Shown piece by piece: positions 19,847-28,169 of a DNA stretch of 64,000 nt. A program made the translations under genes and the position numbers. Where the stretch lies: the IMG/VR virus record IMGVR_UViG_3300008108_007691, positions 1 through 64,000 of that record, one strand, 5' to 3'. The stretch comes from an uncultured virus (IMG/VR IMGVR_UViG_3300008108_007691). Taxonomy: Duplodnaviria > Heunggongvirae > Uroviricota > Caudoviricetes. Within the stretch, counting starts at the first letter, position 1. Each line of letters begins with the position of its first letter. Below the pieces are notes generated by a model. It saw only the letters and a program-made list of their open reading frames with translations, did no database searches and was not told where the DNA came from.

Positions 19847-20965
19847 TTAATTATTATACAGTGAATTGATTTTCAATGATTTGTTTAAAAAGCCAATTTC
19901 TGGATTAATATTTTCAATGGTAGGTTCTATTTTTTCTTTTATTTGTGAAAGTACATTTAAGGTATTCACATCTAAATTTTTTGGAACAAAAACATTTATA
20001 TGAACGTATAAATCTCCATAACTTCCGTTATTGGGCAATCCTTTTCCTTTTAGTCTTAATATTTTACCATTGTCAGTATTTGGATCAATCTTAATTCTTA
20101 TGTCCTCACCAAAAACATTTATAATAAAATTATCAGTTCCCGTTATAGCATCAATAAAATTTATAAATACATCTCTATGAATATCATTATTGAATTTTTT
20201 ATAAATAATGTGTTCTGATATTGTGCAAAGTATTATCAAATCACCGGGAATTGAGTTAGGAGAATTATTAAAGTTTCCACCATTCTCGATCTTATAAACA
20301 AATCCTTCAGTAATTCCGGGAGGTACGTTTATTTCAATATTTTCAAAGTTTTCTTTTATTCCTCTAGCTCCACAACTATTACAAATTTCATTTATTATTT
20401 TTCCTGCACCATTACAAATATTGCAATGGTTCGAAGTTTGAATTCTACCAAAAGGAGTTTGTACAACATTAATAACACTTCCTTGTCCGTTACAATTATT
20501 ACATGTTTTCAAAGAAATACCTTCTTTAGAACCATTTCCTTTGCAAGATGAACAACAAACATTTCTATTATATTTAATTGTTTTTCTAGAACCATGTACA
20601 ACTTCCTCTAAAGAAAAAGACAATTTGATTCTTAAGTCAGAACCTTTTTGGTTTTGTTGTTGAGGTCTCTGATTATTATTTCTAAAATTAAAGAAATCAG
20701 AGAAAAAATCGAAGTTTGAAAAACCTTGGTTGAAATTTGAAAAATTCCCAAAACCAGAACCTCTATTATCGTATTGTTTTCTTTTTTCTGGTTCGCTTAA
20801 AACAGAATAAGCCTCGTTAATTTTTTTAAATTTTTCTTCGGCTTCTTTATTGTTAGGGTTTAAATCAGGATGATATTTTTTACTTAAAGATCTATAAGCT
20901 TTTTTTATATCATCCTGACTGGCATCCTTAGTTAAACCCAATAATGTGTAAAAATCATCATTCAT
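19847..20965 (-). CDS. dnaJ: molecular chaperone DnaJ (class A)
   Basis: J-domain with HPD; G/F-rich region; four CxxCxGxG-type repeats; C-terminal domain. Confidence 0.95.
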   Translation of the reverse strand: MNDDFYTLLGLTKDASQDDIKKAYRSLSKKYHPDLNPNNKEAEEKFKKINEAYSVLSEPEKRKQYDNRGSGFGNFSNFNQGFSNFDFFSDFFNFRNNNQRPQQQNQKGSDLRIKLSFSLEEVVHGSRKTIKYNRNVCCSSCKGNGSKEGISLKTCNNCNGQGSVINVVQTPFGRIQTSNHCNICNGAGKIINEICNSCGARGIKENFENIEINVPPGITEGFVYKIENGGNFNNSPNSIPGDLIILCTISEHIIYKKFNNDIHRDVFINFIDAITGTDNFIINVFGEDIRIKIDPNTDNGKILRLKGKGLPNNGSYGDLYVHINVFVPKNLDVNTLNVLSQIKEKIEPTIENINPEIGFLNKSLKINSLYNN

Positions 20966-21005
20966 TATTTAATAAAAATAATAGAATGAACCGAGAAATA
21001 AAATA

Positions 21006-22265
21006 TTAAATATTATCCTCTTTCTTTTTTCTCGTAACCTTTTTTTTGACAACATTTTTAACTTTGGTTTCTTTTTTTTCTTCTCTTTTAGAAATTAAAG
21101 TTCCTTTTTCTTTGTCAAAATCAATGATAATATCATCACCTTTTATAATTTTTTTGAGAAGTAATTCTTTAGACAAAGGAGTTTCAACAAATTTTGTTAT
21201 AACTCTAAGAATAGGCCTTGCTCCATATTCGTCAGAATAACCTTCTTCACCAATAAAATCAATCATTTTATCTGTAAATTCAACATTTATTCCTTGAGAA
21301 ATAACATTTTTTTCAAAGTTTCTTAAATGAATTTTTACGATATCTAATACATTATCTTGGGTCAATTTTTGGAATATAACAACATCATCAATTCTATTAA
21401 GCAACTCCGGTCTGAAATGTTTTTTTAATGCCTTTTCAATTATCCTTTGGTTTTCAAGATTATTTTTCAAAAGATCTGAATTGAATCCTACTGGTTTGTT
21501 TTCAGTAATTTCTTGCGTTCCAATATTTGATGTCATAATAACCACAGTATTTTTAAAATTAATTTCAACACCGTCTCCATCAGTCAATTTTCCTTCATCC
21601 AAAAGCTGTAATAAAATATTTATCACATCTTTATGACCCTTTTCTATTTCATCAAATAAAACAATACTATAAGGTTTATTTCTAACTTTTTCAGTCAATT
21701 GACCGCCATCACCATGACCAACATATCCCGGAGGAGCACCTATTAATTTTGATACACTATGTGGTTCCATATATTCACTCATGTCAATTCTAATTAGCGA
21801 ATCTTCATCATTAAATAAATATTCAGATAGTGCTTTAGATAATTCTGTGTTGTGATGTACAATTCCATTTTCTGTTTGATATAAATGAGTTTCAGAATCA
21901 ACGTGCATATCAAAAACAGTTTCAATTTCACCTGTTAAATTGTTGCTAATTACAGAAATTTTACTTTCATCTGCCTTTTCAACAAAATCTCCGATCAACA
22001 AATTAGAAACTAAACAACATTCATTCTTTTCTTTACGTATTTTGTGATTATCTGCAACTACACAGAAGCTTCCATCAGAAAATTTAATTTCACGAACTTG
22101 ATCTTTTTTTGTGATCATACCTAAAACATTTATCCATTTACCAAATTCGTTTTTGACCATTATTTTAGATTTTTGAAAAATCTCTTTTTCTGGAATAAAT
22201 TCTTGAGCTTCTAATTGAGAAACTGCTTCGAATATCTCTTCTATTTTTACTTTTAATTCAATCAT
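21006..22265 (-). CDS. clpC: split-intein C-fragment fused to the C-terminal part of a ClpC-type AAA+ ATPase
   Basis: 139 aa of intein ending GIVHHN, then TELSKAL...RIDMSEYME...LIGAPPGYVG...VLFDEIEK...VGF loop...FRPELLNRID...YGARP. Confidence 0.9.
   Translation of the reverse strand: MIELKVKIEEIFEAVSQLEAQEFIPEKEIFQKSKIMVKNEFGKWINVLGMITKKDQVREIKFSDGSFCVVADNHKIRKEKNECCLVSNLLIGDFVEKADESKISVISNNLTGEIETVFDMHVDSETHLYQTENGIVHHNTELSKALSEYLFNDEDSLIRIDMSEYMEPHSVSKLIGAPPGYVGHGDGGQLTEKVRNKPYSIVLFDEIEKGHKDVINILLQLLDEGKLTDGDGVEINFKNTVVIMTSNIGTQEITENKPVGFNSDLLKNNLENQRIIEKALKKHFRPELLNRIDDVVIFQKLTQDNVLDIVKIHLRNFEKNVISQGINVEFTDKMIDFIGEEGYSDEYGARPILRVITKFVETPLSKELLLKKIIKGDDIIIDFDKEKGTLISKREEKKETKVKNVVKKKVTRKKKEDNI
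21849..22265 (-). mobile_element. split intein IntC (139 aa, includes block B)
   Basis: Block B-like IKFSDG...VADNHKI; block F VFDMHV; block G HHN/T. Confidence 0.88.
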
Positions 22266-22269
22266 TTTA

Positions 22270-23367
22270 TTATTTTTTTATAAATTTTATGCATTTATCA
22301 ATAGACTCTTTTATTGTATTTGTTGAATGTTTTGGTAATCTAATTCTAAGTACTTCAAAACCATTTTTTATTGCAAATTGTTCTTTAGCTATATCTTTTG
22401 ACAAAGCTTCTTCATAACTTTTATTTGTGTACGCTTGTTTCCAATTTAAACGTTCATTTTCAAGAGCATTTGGATCCGGATGTACGTGAATACCGTCAAA
22501 TTCTATTATTTTTTTTCTATCAAAAAAAGTGAGATCATACCAATACAAAGACATCGTTTCTTTGTCATATAGGTAAAATTCACTTTTTATATCTGAACCG
22601 TAAAATATGGTTTCAGTTTCAATTTCATCAGGTCCAATAATAGATAGAATTTCATCAATGTATTTTTTTGATATACCAGACGCATTCCACATATTTGAGT
22701 GAGTCTTAATATAATTTTCCCATTTTTCTGTAGCCAATTTTTCACCGTACTTAGAAACCATTTTATCTTTGGTTATACACTTGCTTTTTTCAAATTCATT
22801 TTTTTGTTCAAAAGTCATTTTACTATAAAGACTATTTTGCCACTTATCATTACGTTGATTGAATTTGATTAAACCTTCTTTCTCGCCATATTTTAATTTA
22901 AGTTTTTCAAGTGAAAAAGTTGATTGTCTTTCTTTTAATTTTATTTTTGCTTCTTCAATAGTGAATCCTTTTTCTATCCAATACTCAACATAGATATTTC
23001 TTTTTTTTTTGTAATTATTAAGATCATATTTTTTTAAATCTTGCATTACTTCAACCGCTTTTATGTTGTTAATTTTTTGAATTTTAAAAATTTCACTAAC
23101 TGCCTCTTCGTGAGAATAACCCCTTTCTAACCAATATTTTTTATTAAAAAGTGTTTTACAATTAATATAATTTTTTACAAATATATTTCTGAATTTTTTT
23201 ATACCTATTTCATTTTTTTCTGAAAGAGCAACTATAAGATTTTCTCTTTGTCCTTTTTCTAAATTATTTAAATTTTTGAAATTCTTAATCTCTTTACTTA
23301 AATATTTTTCAAACTCTTCTATTGATTCGATATTGAACAATACTTTTTTTCTACTTTTAATTATCAT
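22270..23367 (-). CDS. Vsr-like (PD-(D/E)xK, EDxHD-type) putative homing endonuclease
   Basis: N-terminal repeats YW.E(R/K)G...EEA and KYGE; C-terminal EFY...YDL...KIIEFDG..VH...D..K...A..NGFEVLRI. Confidence 0.8.
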   Translation of the reverse strand: MIIKSRKKVLFNIESIEEFEKYLSKEIKNFKNLNNLEKGQRENLIVALSEKNEIGIKKFRNIFVKNYINCKTLFNKKYWLERGYSHEEAVSEIFKIQKINNIKAVEVMQDLKKYDLNNYKKKRNIYVEYWIEKGFTIEEAKIKLKERQSTFSLEKLKLKYGEKEGLIKFNQRNDKWQNSLYSKMTFEQKNEFEKSKCITKDKMVSKYGEKLATEKWENYIKTHSNMWNASGISKKYIDEILSIIGPDEIETETIFYGSDIKSEFYLYDKETMSLYWYDLTFFDRKKIIEFDGIHVHPDPNALENERLNWKQAYTNKSYEEALSKDIAKEQFAIKNGFEVLRIRLPKHSTNTIKESIDKCIKFIKK

Positions 23368-23416
23368 TTAGGAATACAGGGATACTAATTTTCCTATCCC
23401 TGTTAAACCTAAATAG
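23367..23416 (-). promoter_or_regulatory. hairpin and late-like motif upstream of the endonuclease
   Basis: Inner stem acagggata/tatccctgt; outer stem tttagg/cctaaa reaches the A of ATG; CTATTTAG overlaps the 5' arm. Confidence 0.65.
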
Positions 23417-23418
23417 TG

Positions 23419-24759
23419 TTAATTTTTGTTTTTTCTGTTTTCTAATATTTTATTTATTAAAATATCATCAGCCATTATTGTTATTTCTGTATTTTTTCCT
23501 AAACACTTACCAATACCAGTTGAACCAAGAAACAAAAAACTTGCAATAGGTTTTTTTGGATTACTCAATCCAGATCTTGATCGCTGAATAGATTCGGATA
23601 TTTTTTCAATTGCTTCATCCTGTCCAATAACCCTTTTTTTCAACTCTTCACCCATTTTCATTAGACGAACACCTTCACTTTCTGTGATTTGAGTTACCGG
23701 AATTCCAATCATTTTTGAAACGACTCTCGCAATATCATGTTCTGTGACAGGAACCCTTTTGGTTTTTTGTTGATTTTGCCAGTTGTATTTAAAAATCTCT
23801 ATTTCTTTTATTAAATCTCTCTCCTTGTCTCTGATCTTAGCAGCTTGCTCATATTTTTGAGATTTTATTACTTCGTTTTTTTCGTTCTTAAGATCATTCA
23901 ATTTATTTTCAAGAACTTCTAATTCTACTGGTAAGTGGAGATTATCCAAATGTAATCTAGCACCTGCTTCATCAATAATATCGATCGCTTTATCTGGTAA
24001 AAATCTATTGGTAATATATCTAACAGAATAATCTACTGCAGATGTTATTGCTTCGGCATCAAAAGTAACATTATGAAAATCCTCATAAATTCCTTTAATG
24101 TTATTAAGAATAGTTTTAGTTTCTTCAATAGAGGGTTCCTCAATCATTACTTTTTGAAACCTTCTTTCCATAGCCCCATCTTTTTCAATCGATTTTTTAT
24201 ATTCTTCAATTGTTGTAGCACCTATAATTTGCATTGTACCTCTTGCAAGAGCAGGTTTTATAATATTAGAAACATCTAAAGATCCAGCAGAATTACCAGC
24301 ACCAATTATGGTGTGTAATTCATCAATAAATAAAATAATGTTAGGATTATTTTCAATTTCATCCATAATTGCTTTCATCCTTTCCTCAAACTGACCTCTG
24401 TATTTTGTTCCGGCAACTATGAGTGAAATATCTAAGCTTACTATTCTTTTATCATGAAGAACAACACTAACCTTTTTATCAACTATTTTATTTGCAAGAG
24501 ATTCTACAATCGCAGTTTTACCTACACCGGGTTGACCAACTAATACAGGATTATTCTTTTTCTTTCTACTTAAAATTTGAATAATTCTATCTACTTCATT
24601 TTCTCTTCCTACTGCAGGTTCAATTTTTCCAGAAGCAGCTAATTTTGTAATATCTTTTCCAAAATTATCTAACAGCGGAGTGTTTGATCTATTTTTTTTA
24701 TTGTTATTCCCATCAGAAGGAAATAATAATTTAGAGTCATCCAAATCTTCTATAGCCAT
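23419..24759 (-). CDS. clpC: N-terminal part of a ClpC-type ATPase (AAA-1, UVR middle domain, start of AAA-2) fused to the split-intein N-fragment
   Basis: GQPGVGKT, LFIDELH, GATT..EY, RFLPDKAID, UVR YEQAAKIRD; ends FLFLGSTGIGK|CLGKNT... Confidence 0.92.
   Translation of the reverse strand: MAIEDLDDSKLLFPSDGNNNKKNRSNTPLLDNFGKDITKLAASGKIEPAVGRENEVDRIIQILSRKKKNNPVLVGQPGVGKTAIVESLANKIVDKKVSVVLHDKRIVSLDISLIVAGTKYRGQFEERMKAIMDEIENNPNIILFIDELHTIIGAGNSAGSLDVSNIIKPALARGTMQIIGATTIEEYKKSIEKDGAMERRFQKVMIEEPSIEETKTILNNIKGIYEDFHNVTFDAEAITSAVDYSVRYITNRFLPDKAIDIIDEAGARLHLDNLHLPVELEVLENKLNDLKNEKNEVIKSQKYEQAAKIRDKERDLIKEIEIFKYNWQNQQKTKRVPVTEHDIARVVSKMIGIPVTQITESEGVRLMKMGEELKKRVIGQDEAIEKISESIQRSRSGLSNPKKPIASFLFLGSTGIGKCLGKNTEITIMADDILINKILENRKNKN
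23422..23505 (-). mobile_element. split intein IntN (28 aa)
   Basis: Block A CLGKNTEI directly after the Walker A Lys, then a stop codon. Confidence 0.85.
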
Positions 24760-24803
24760 ATTTTTTATTTTTAAATTTAAATTAATATTTTGAAATTTGT
24801 AGT

Positions 24804-25229
24804 TTAGTTGCCTGTGCTACCAAAACCACCTTCTCCTCTATCAGTAGTATTCAATTCATCAACCTCTTCAAAAATTACATTTGGAACAGGCATAATAATT
24901 ATTTGAGCAATTCTATCACCTATTTGATATAATTTCCGAGGATTACCAAGTTCTTTCAATCTTACTTTAATCTCACCACGATAACCCGAATCTATTACAC
25001 CAACACAATTAGCTTGAATTTGAGAAGTTTTACTTGCAGAGCTTCGAGGAAAAATAAATCCAGCATAACCATCAGGAATTTCAATCGCTAATCCAGTTCC
25101 ATACTCAGTATAGAATCCATTGGGATCTACAGTTAAAGATAATGCAGTCAAATCCATTCCTGCATCACCCATTTTAGCATAACTTGGAATAATTGCGTTG
25201 GGGTCTAATTTTTTAATTTTGATTAACAT
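24804..25229 (-). CDS. dut: trimeric dUTPase
   Basis: AGMDL, PRSS, GVIDSGYRGE, RIAQ, RGEGGFGSTG. Confidence 0.96.
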   Translation of the reverse strand: MLIKIKKLDPNAIIPSYAKMGDAGMDLTALSLTVDPNGFYTEYGTGLAIEIPDGYAGFIFPRSSASKTSQIQANCVGVIDSGYRGEIKVRLKELGNPRKLYQIGDRIAQIIIMPVPNVIFEEVDELNTTDRGEGGFGSTGN

Positions 25230-25230
25230 A

Positions 25231-25527
25231 TTATTTTATTTGGTTTATGATTTTAATTTTTTCTGGATGAATGATAAAACTTATTGTTCCATCATATTTT
25301 TTTTCAACTGTGGAACTGTAATTATCTTCGAATGTAGAAAATATCAAGTGTCCAGATTTTGAGAAAGCATCAAAATATACATTTTTCCTGAAATAAACAT
25401 ATTTAATTTTTATGTTTTTTGTTTCTCCATAAAATGTATAGATAATTTTTTGAAACTCGTTTTGTAGTATGTAATTAATTCTATTTAGCTTATCTCTATA
25501 AATTTTCGGATAAGTTTTTTCGTTCAT
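25231..25527 (-). CDS. hypothetical protein
   Basis: 98-aa ORF coupled to its neighbours. Confidence 0.55.
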   Translation of the reverse strand: MNEKTYPKIYRDKLNRINYILQNEFQKIIYTFYGETKNIKIKYVYFRKNVYFDAFSKSGHLIFSTFEDNYSSTVEKKYDGTISFIIHPEKIKIINQIK

Positions 25528-25946
25528 AGAATTAAATTGATTAATTTATTTTGTTCATAAAAGTAATCTTCATAATCTATATCTACAACTTCTTGATTAA
25601 ATTTTTTGAAAGCATTTTTAAGAATTATCATTTTTTGTATGATATTTTTTATGGAATTATTATCACACTTATCTTTTAAATCATATAAATCATTTACAGA
25701 AAAACTATCCCATAGTGAACGTAATTTTTTCATATACGCTTTATCATCCTCTTCATAATCAATTTTCTTCTTTATTTGATTTATGTAAACAGCTAAATCA
25801 ATAATAAAAATTTCCTGATTATCCAGAACTTCACAAATAGCGGATCTTAAATCTGATTGATTAAATAAATCATCACCAAAATTCGAAAATTCATTTTCTG
25901 AAAAATTCAAATATAATTTGATTAAAATCTCTTTAGTTTTTTCCAT
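25524..25946 (-). CDS. hypothetical protein
   Basis: 140-aa ORF; TATGTTTG and TATTTAT motifs upstream. Confidence 0.6.
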   Translation of the reverse strand: MEKTKEILIKLYLNFSENEFSNFGDDLFNQSDLRSAICEVLDNQEIFIIDLAVYINQIKKKIDYEEDDKAYMKKLRSLWDSFSVNDLYDLKDKCDNNSIKNIIQKMIILKNAFKKFNQEVVDIDYEDYFYEQNKLINLIL

Positions 25947-26014
25947 TAATAAATATTTTTGACAAACATATTTAAAAATTATAAAATTTACATAAATACG
26001 ATATATTTATTGTT

Positions 26015-26443
26015 ATGAACAACAAAAAGTTAATAGCTGCCGGAATATTAGCCGTAGATAAGAATACAGGTGAAATTTTACTTATTAAAAGAAGCAATTT
26101 AGTACCCAACCCCAATAAATGGGCAGTTGTAGGAGGTAAAAAAGATCCAGAAGATGAAAATACTAGAGTGGCAGCGATAAGAGAATTTAAGGAAGAAGTT
26201 CAACCAGACACCTCTTATCAACTCAGCAAACTCCCATTCTTTATAAACGAAAATAAATACCTTAAATTTTACACTTACATAGGGTTTTTTGATAACAAGT
26301 TTGTACCCATCCTTAATGAAGAAAATACTGATTATGGGTGGTTTTCCTTAGATGAATTACCGGAAGATTTGTTACCAGCATGTAAATTGATGTTTGAAAC
26401 AAGAGGCGATGACCTTAAAAAGATTATAAATAAAATGAAATAA
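26015..26443 (+). CDS. Nudix hydrolase
   Basis: WAVVGGKKDPEDENTRVAAIREFKEEV Nudix box; LNEENTDYGW. Confidence 0.9.
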   Translation: MNNKKLIAAGILAVDKNTGEILLIKRSNLVPNPNKWAVVGGKKDPEDENTRVAAIREFKEEVQPDTSYQLSKLPFFINENKYLKFYTYIGFFDNKFVPILNEENTDYGWFSLDELPEDLLPACKLMFETRGDDLKKIINKMK

Positions 26444-26480
26444 AAAAAGGTGAACTATCAAAGTTCACCTTTATTATTTT
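26442..26480. terminator. bidirectional intrinsic terminator
   Basis: aaaggtgaact/agttcaccttt stem between convergent genes. Confidence 0.8.
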
Positions 26481-26495
26481 AAAAATAATGTTTTA

Positions 26496-26990
26496 TTACC
26501 TAGGGATCATTTTTATCATCCTGTCATAGTTCTCTTGAGCCTCTTCTTTGGTTTCATATGTTCCAAAATTAAAAACACGACCCTCAGGACTGATGTACTT
26601 AGCTTCAAAAACAATTTTTTCTTTGACACCACTAGAATTATCTGAAATGATGTTTTTTACCTTATCATCAGATGTTTTTTCAGGATTAAAAAGTCCAAGC
26701 TGTGCGTCTTTTTTGATAATCTGCATTTCAGGAGACACTATTTTAACGTTTGTTTTAACCATGTTTTCTCTACGACAATCTAAGGTATTGCCATTTTTAA
26801 ATGTTATGTTGAAAACTTCGTTAGGATCATCTTTCATAATAAACTTATGCAAAAGTCCATACTTTTGATTTCTGGCATAATACCTTCCAGTATAAAATGA
26901 TGTTGCCACCCATTTGTATTTTAACAACTTGTAATAGTCATTCTCATCTACTAAAGCTACCTGCCCATTTGATAATGGTAATTCTTTCAT
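26496..26990 (-). CDS. degenerate HNH-AP2 homing-endonuclease-like protein
   Basis: LSNGQVALVDENDY...LHKFIM...FKNGNTLDCRRENM; AP2-like FGTYETKEEAQENYD. Confidence 0.7.
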   Translation of the reverse strand: MKELPLSNGQVALVDENDYYKLLKYKWVATSFYTGRYYARNQKYGLLHKFIMKDDPNEVFNITFKNGNTLDCRRENMVKTNVKIVSPEMQIIKKDAQLGLFNPEKTSDDKVKNIISDNSSGVKEKIVFEAKYISPEGRVFNFGTYETKEEAQENYDRMIKMIPR

Positions 26991-26995
26991 GTGTC

Positions 26996-27844
26996 TTATT
27001 GGTTTTTAATTATTTTTATAAATTCTTCTTTATTGATTTGTGGAAGACCCTTACCATTAAAAAGATCCAAGGTAGAAAATTGATTATTTACATCGACCAA
27101 TACCAATCCATTTGTGTTTAACAAATCCCAAATTTTAACAAGTTGTTCAGGAGAGAAATCTTGATCTACTAAATTTTTCAATATTGGACTTTCCTCCGGC
27201 ACATCAACAACAAATATTTCTAAAGTGTTGGAATCTGTTTTAATTGCCTTGTGACCATTCTTGTATAGAAAATGACTAACCGAATCAGTAAATTCTGATG
27301 TGGGAAATTGCATCATAAATGATTTCTGATCAGCATTTTTAATCCTACTGGCCTTGTATCCATTAGGACTGTTTTGATTGAAGCCGTAACTCATAGGAAA
27401 ATTACTGCGTATAGCTCCAATTATTCTCTTATATCGAGACCTCAACAAATTTAATTTTGGATCATCATCTTGCTCTTCATCAAAATGATCGAAACTTTCT
27501 TTTATCTCTTTTTGTATCTCACCATCTATTTCAATGTCAGAGGGATCTAAAATAGATTTGTTTTTAATTATTAATTCATCATTTTCACCACCAACCTCAG
27601 TTATGTAATTGTATTTTTTAGTAAGTAAATCTATAATAAATTTTATTTTAGATGGGTCATTCAATTTAATACTGAAAACAGGATTGTCCTCAGATATTTT
27701 TCCACATAAATAACCATTTACATCTTCACGGTTCTGATAAAGATTTTCCTGTTTTAATATAAATTTGATTCTCTTGCCCATTTCTTTAACTTGAAAGATG
27801 GTGTCAGGAACAGAATCAACATTTTTATCCAATTTCTTAGACAT
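26996..27844 (-). CDS. hypothetical protein
   Basis: 282-aa ORF downstream of an ECF-type promoter motif. Confidence 0.65.
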   Translation of the reverse strand: MSKKLDKNVDSVPDTIFQVKEMGKRIKFILKQENLYQNREDVNGYLCGKISEDNPVFSIKLNDPSKIKFIIDLLTKKYNYITEVGGENDELIIKNKSILDPSDIEIDGEIQKEIKESFDHFDEEQDDDPKLNLLRSRYKRIIGAIRSNFPMSYGFNQNSPNGYKASRIKNADQKSFMMQFPTSEFTDSVSHFLYKNGHKAIKTDSNTLEIFVVDVPEESPILKNLVDQDFSPEQLVKIWDLLNTNGLVLVDVNNQFSTLDLFNGKGLPQINKEEFIKIIKNQ

Positions 27845-27870
27845 GATGGTGTTTTTTGGAGTTTTTTGTA

Positions 27871-27901
27871 TTTAAACGAAATACTCGTTTCCAAAGTTAC
27901 A
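27871..27901 (-). promoter_or_regulatory. ECF-type promoter TGTAAC-N17-CGTTT
   Basis: Minus strand reads tgtaactttggaaacgagtatttcgtttaaa. Confidence 0.65.
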
Positions 27902-27931
27902 ACTAATATATTTAATAGGATTTTCCTATAA

Positions 27932-28165
27932 TCAAAATCTTTCTAAATCACTGATTTTGAATCTATTAGGTAATGAAGAATGGCTTCTTGGAGAAGTTAA
28001 TTGATAGTAAATTTCTCCATCTTCGCTAACGGAAACTTTAGTAACTTGATATGGTCTTTTACTAGGTCCAAAAGATTTTACAAACACCAAATCATTTATC
28101 TTGAATGGAGAATGTTTCTCTAAAAAATTATCTATAAGATTTTTAAATTCGACTTTGTGTTCCAT
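27932..28165 (-). CDS. small hypothetical protein (SH3/KOW-like pattern)
   Basis: PFKINDLVFV...YYQL...DLE. Confidence 0.55.
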   Translation of the reverse strand: MEHKVEFKNLIDNFLEKHSPFKINDLVFVKSFGPSKRPYQVTKVSVSEDGEIYYQLTSPRSHSSLPNRFKISDLERF

Positions 28166-28169
28166 TTTA

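Noticed and set aside
21006..24759. clpC as a pseudogene, or interrupted by a self-splicing intron
   Set aside because: Both halves carry complementary intein motifs at exactly matching positions. The non-coding spacers (51 nt and 4 nt) are too short for an intron core, unless one overlaps coding sequence.
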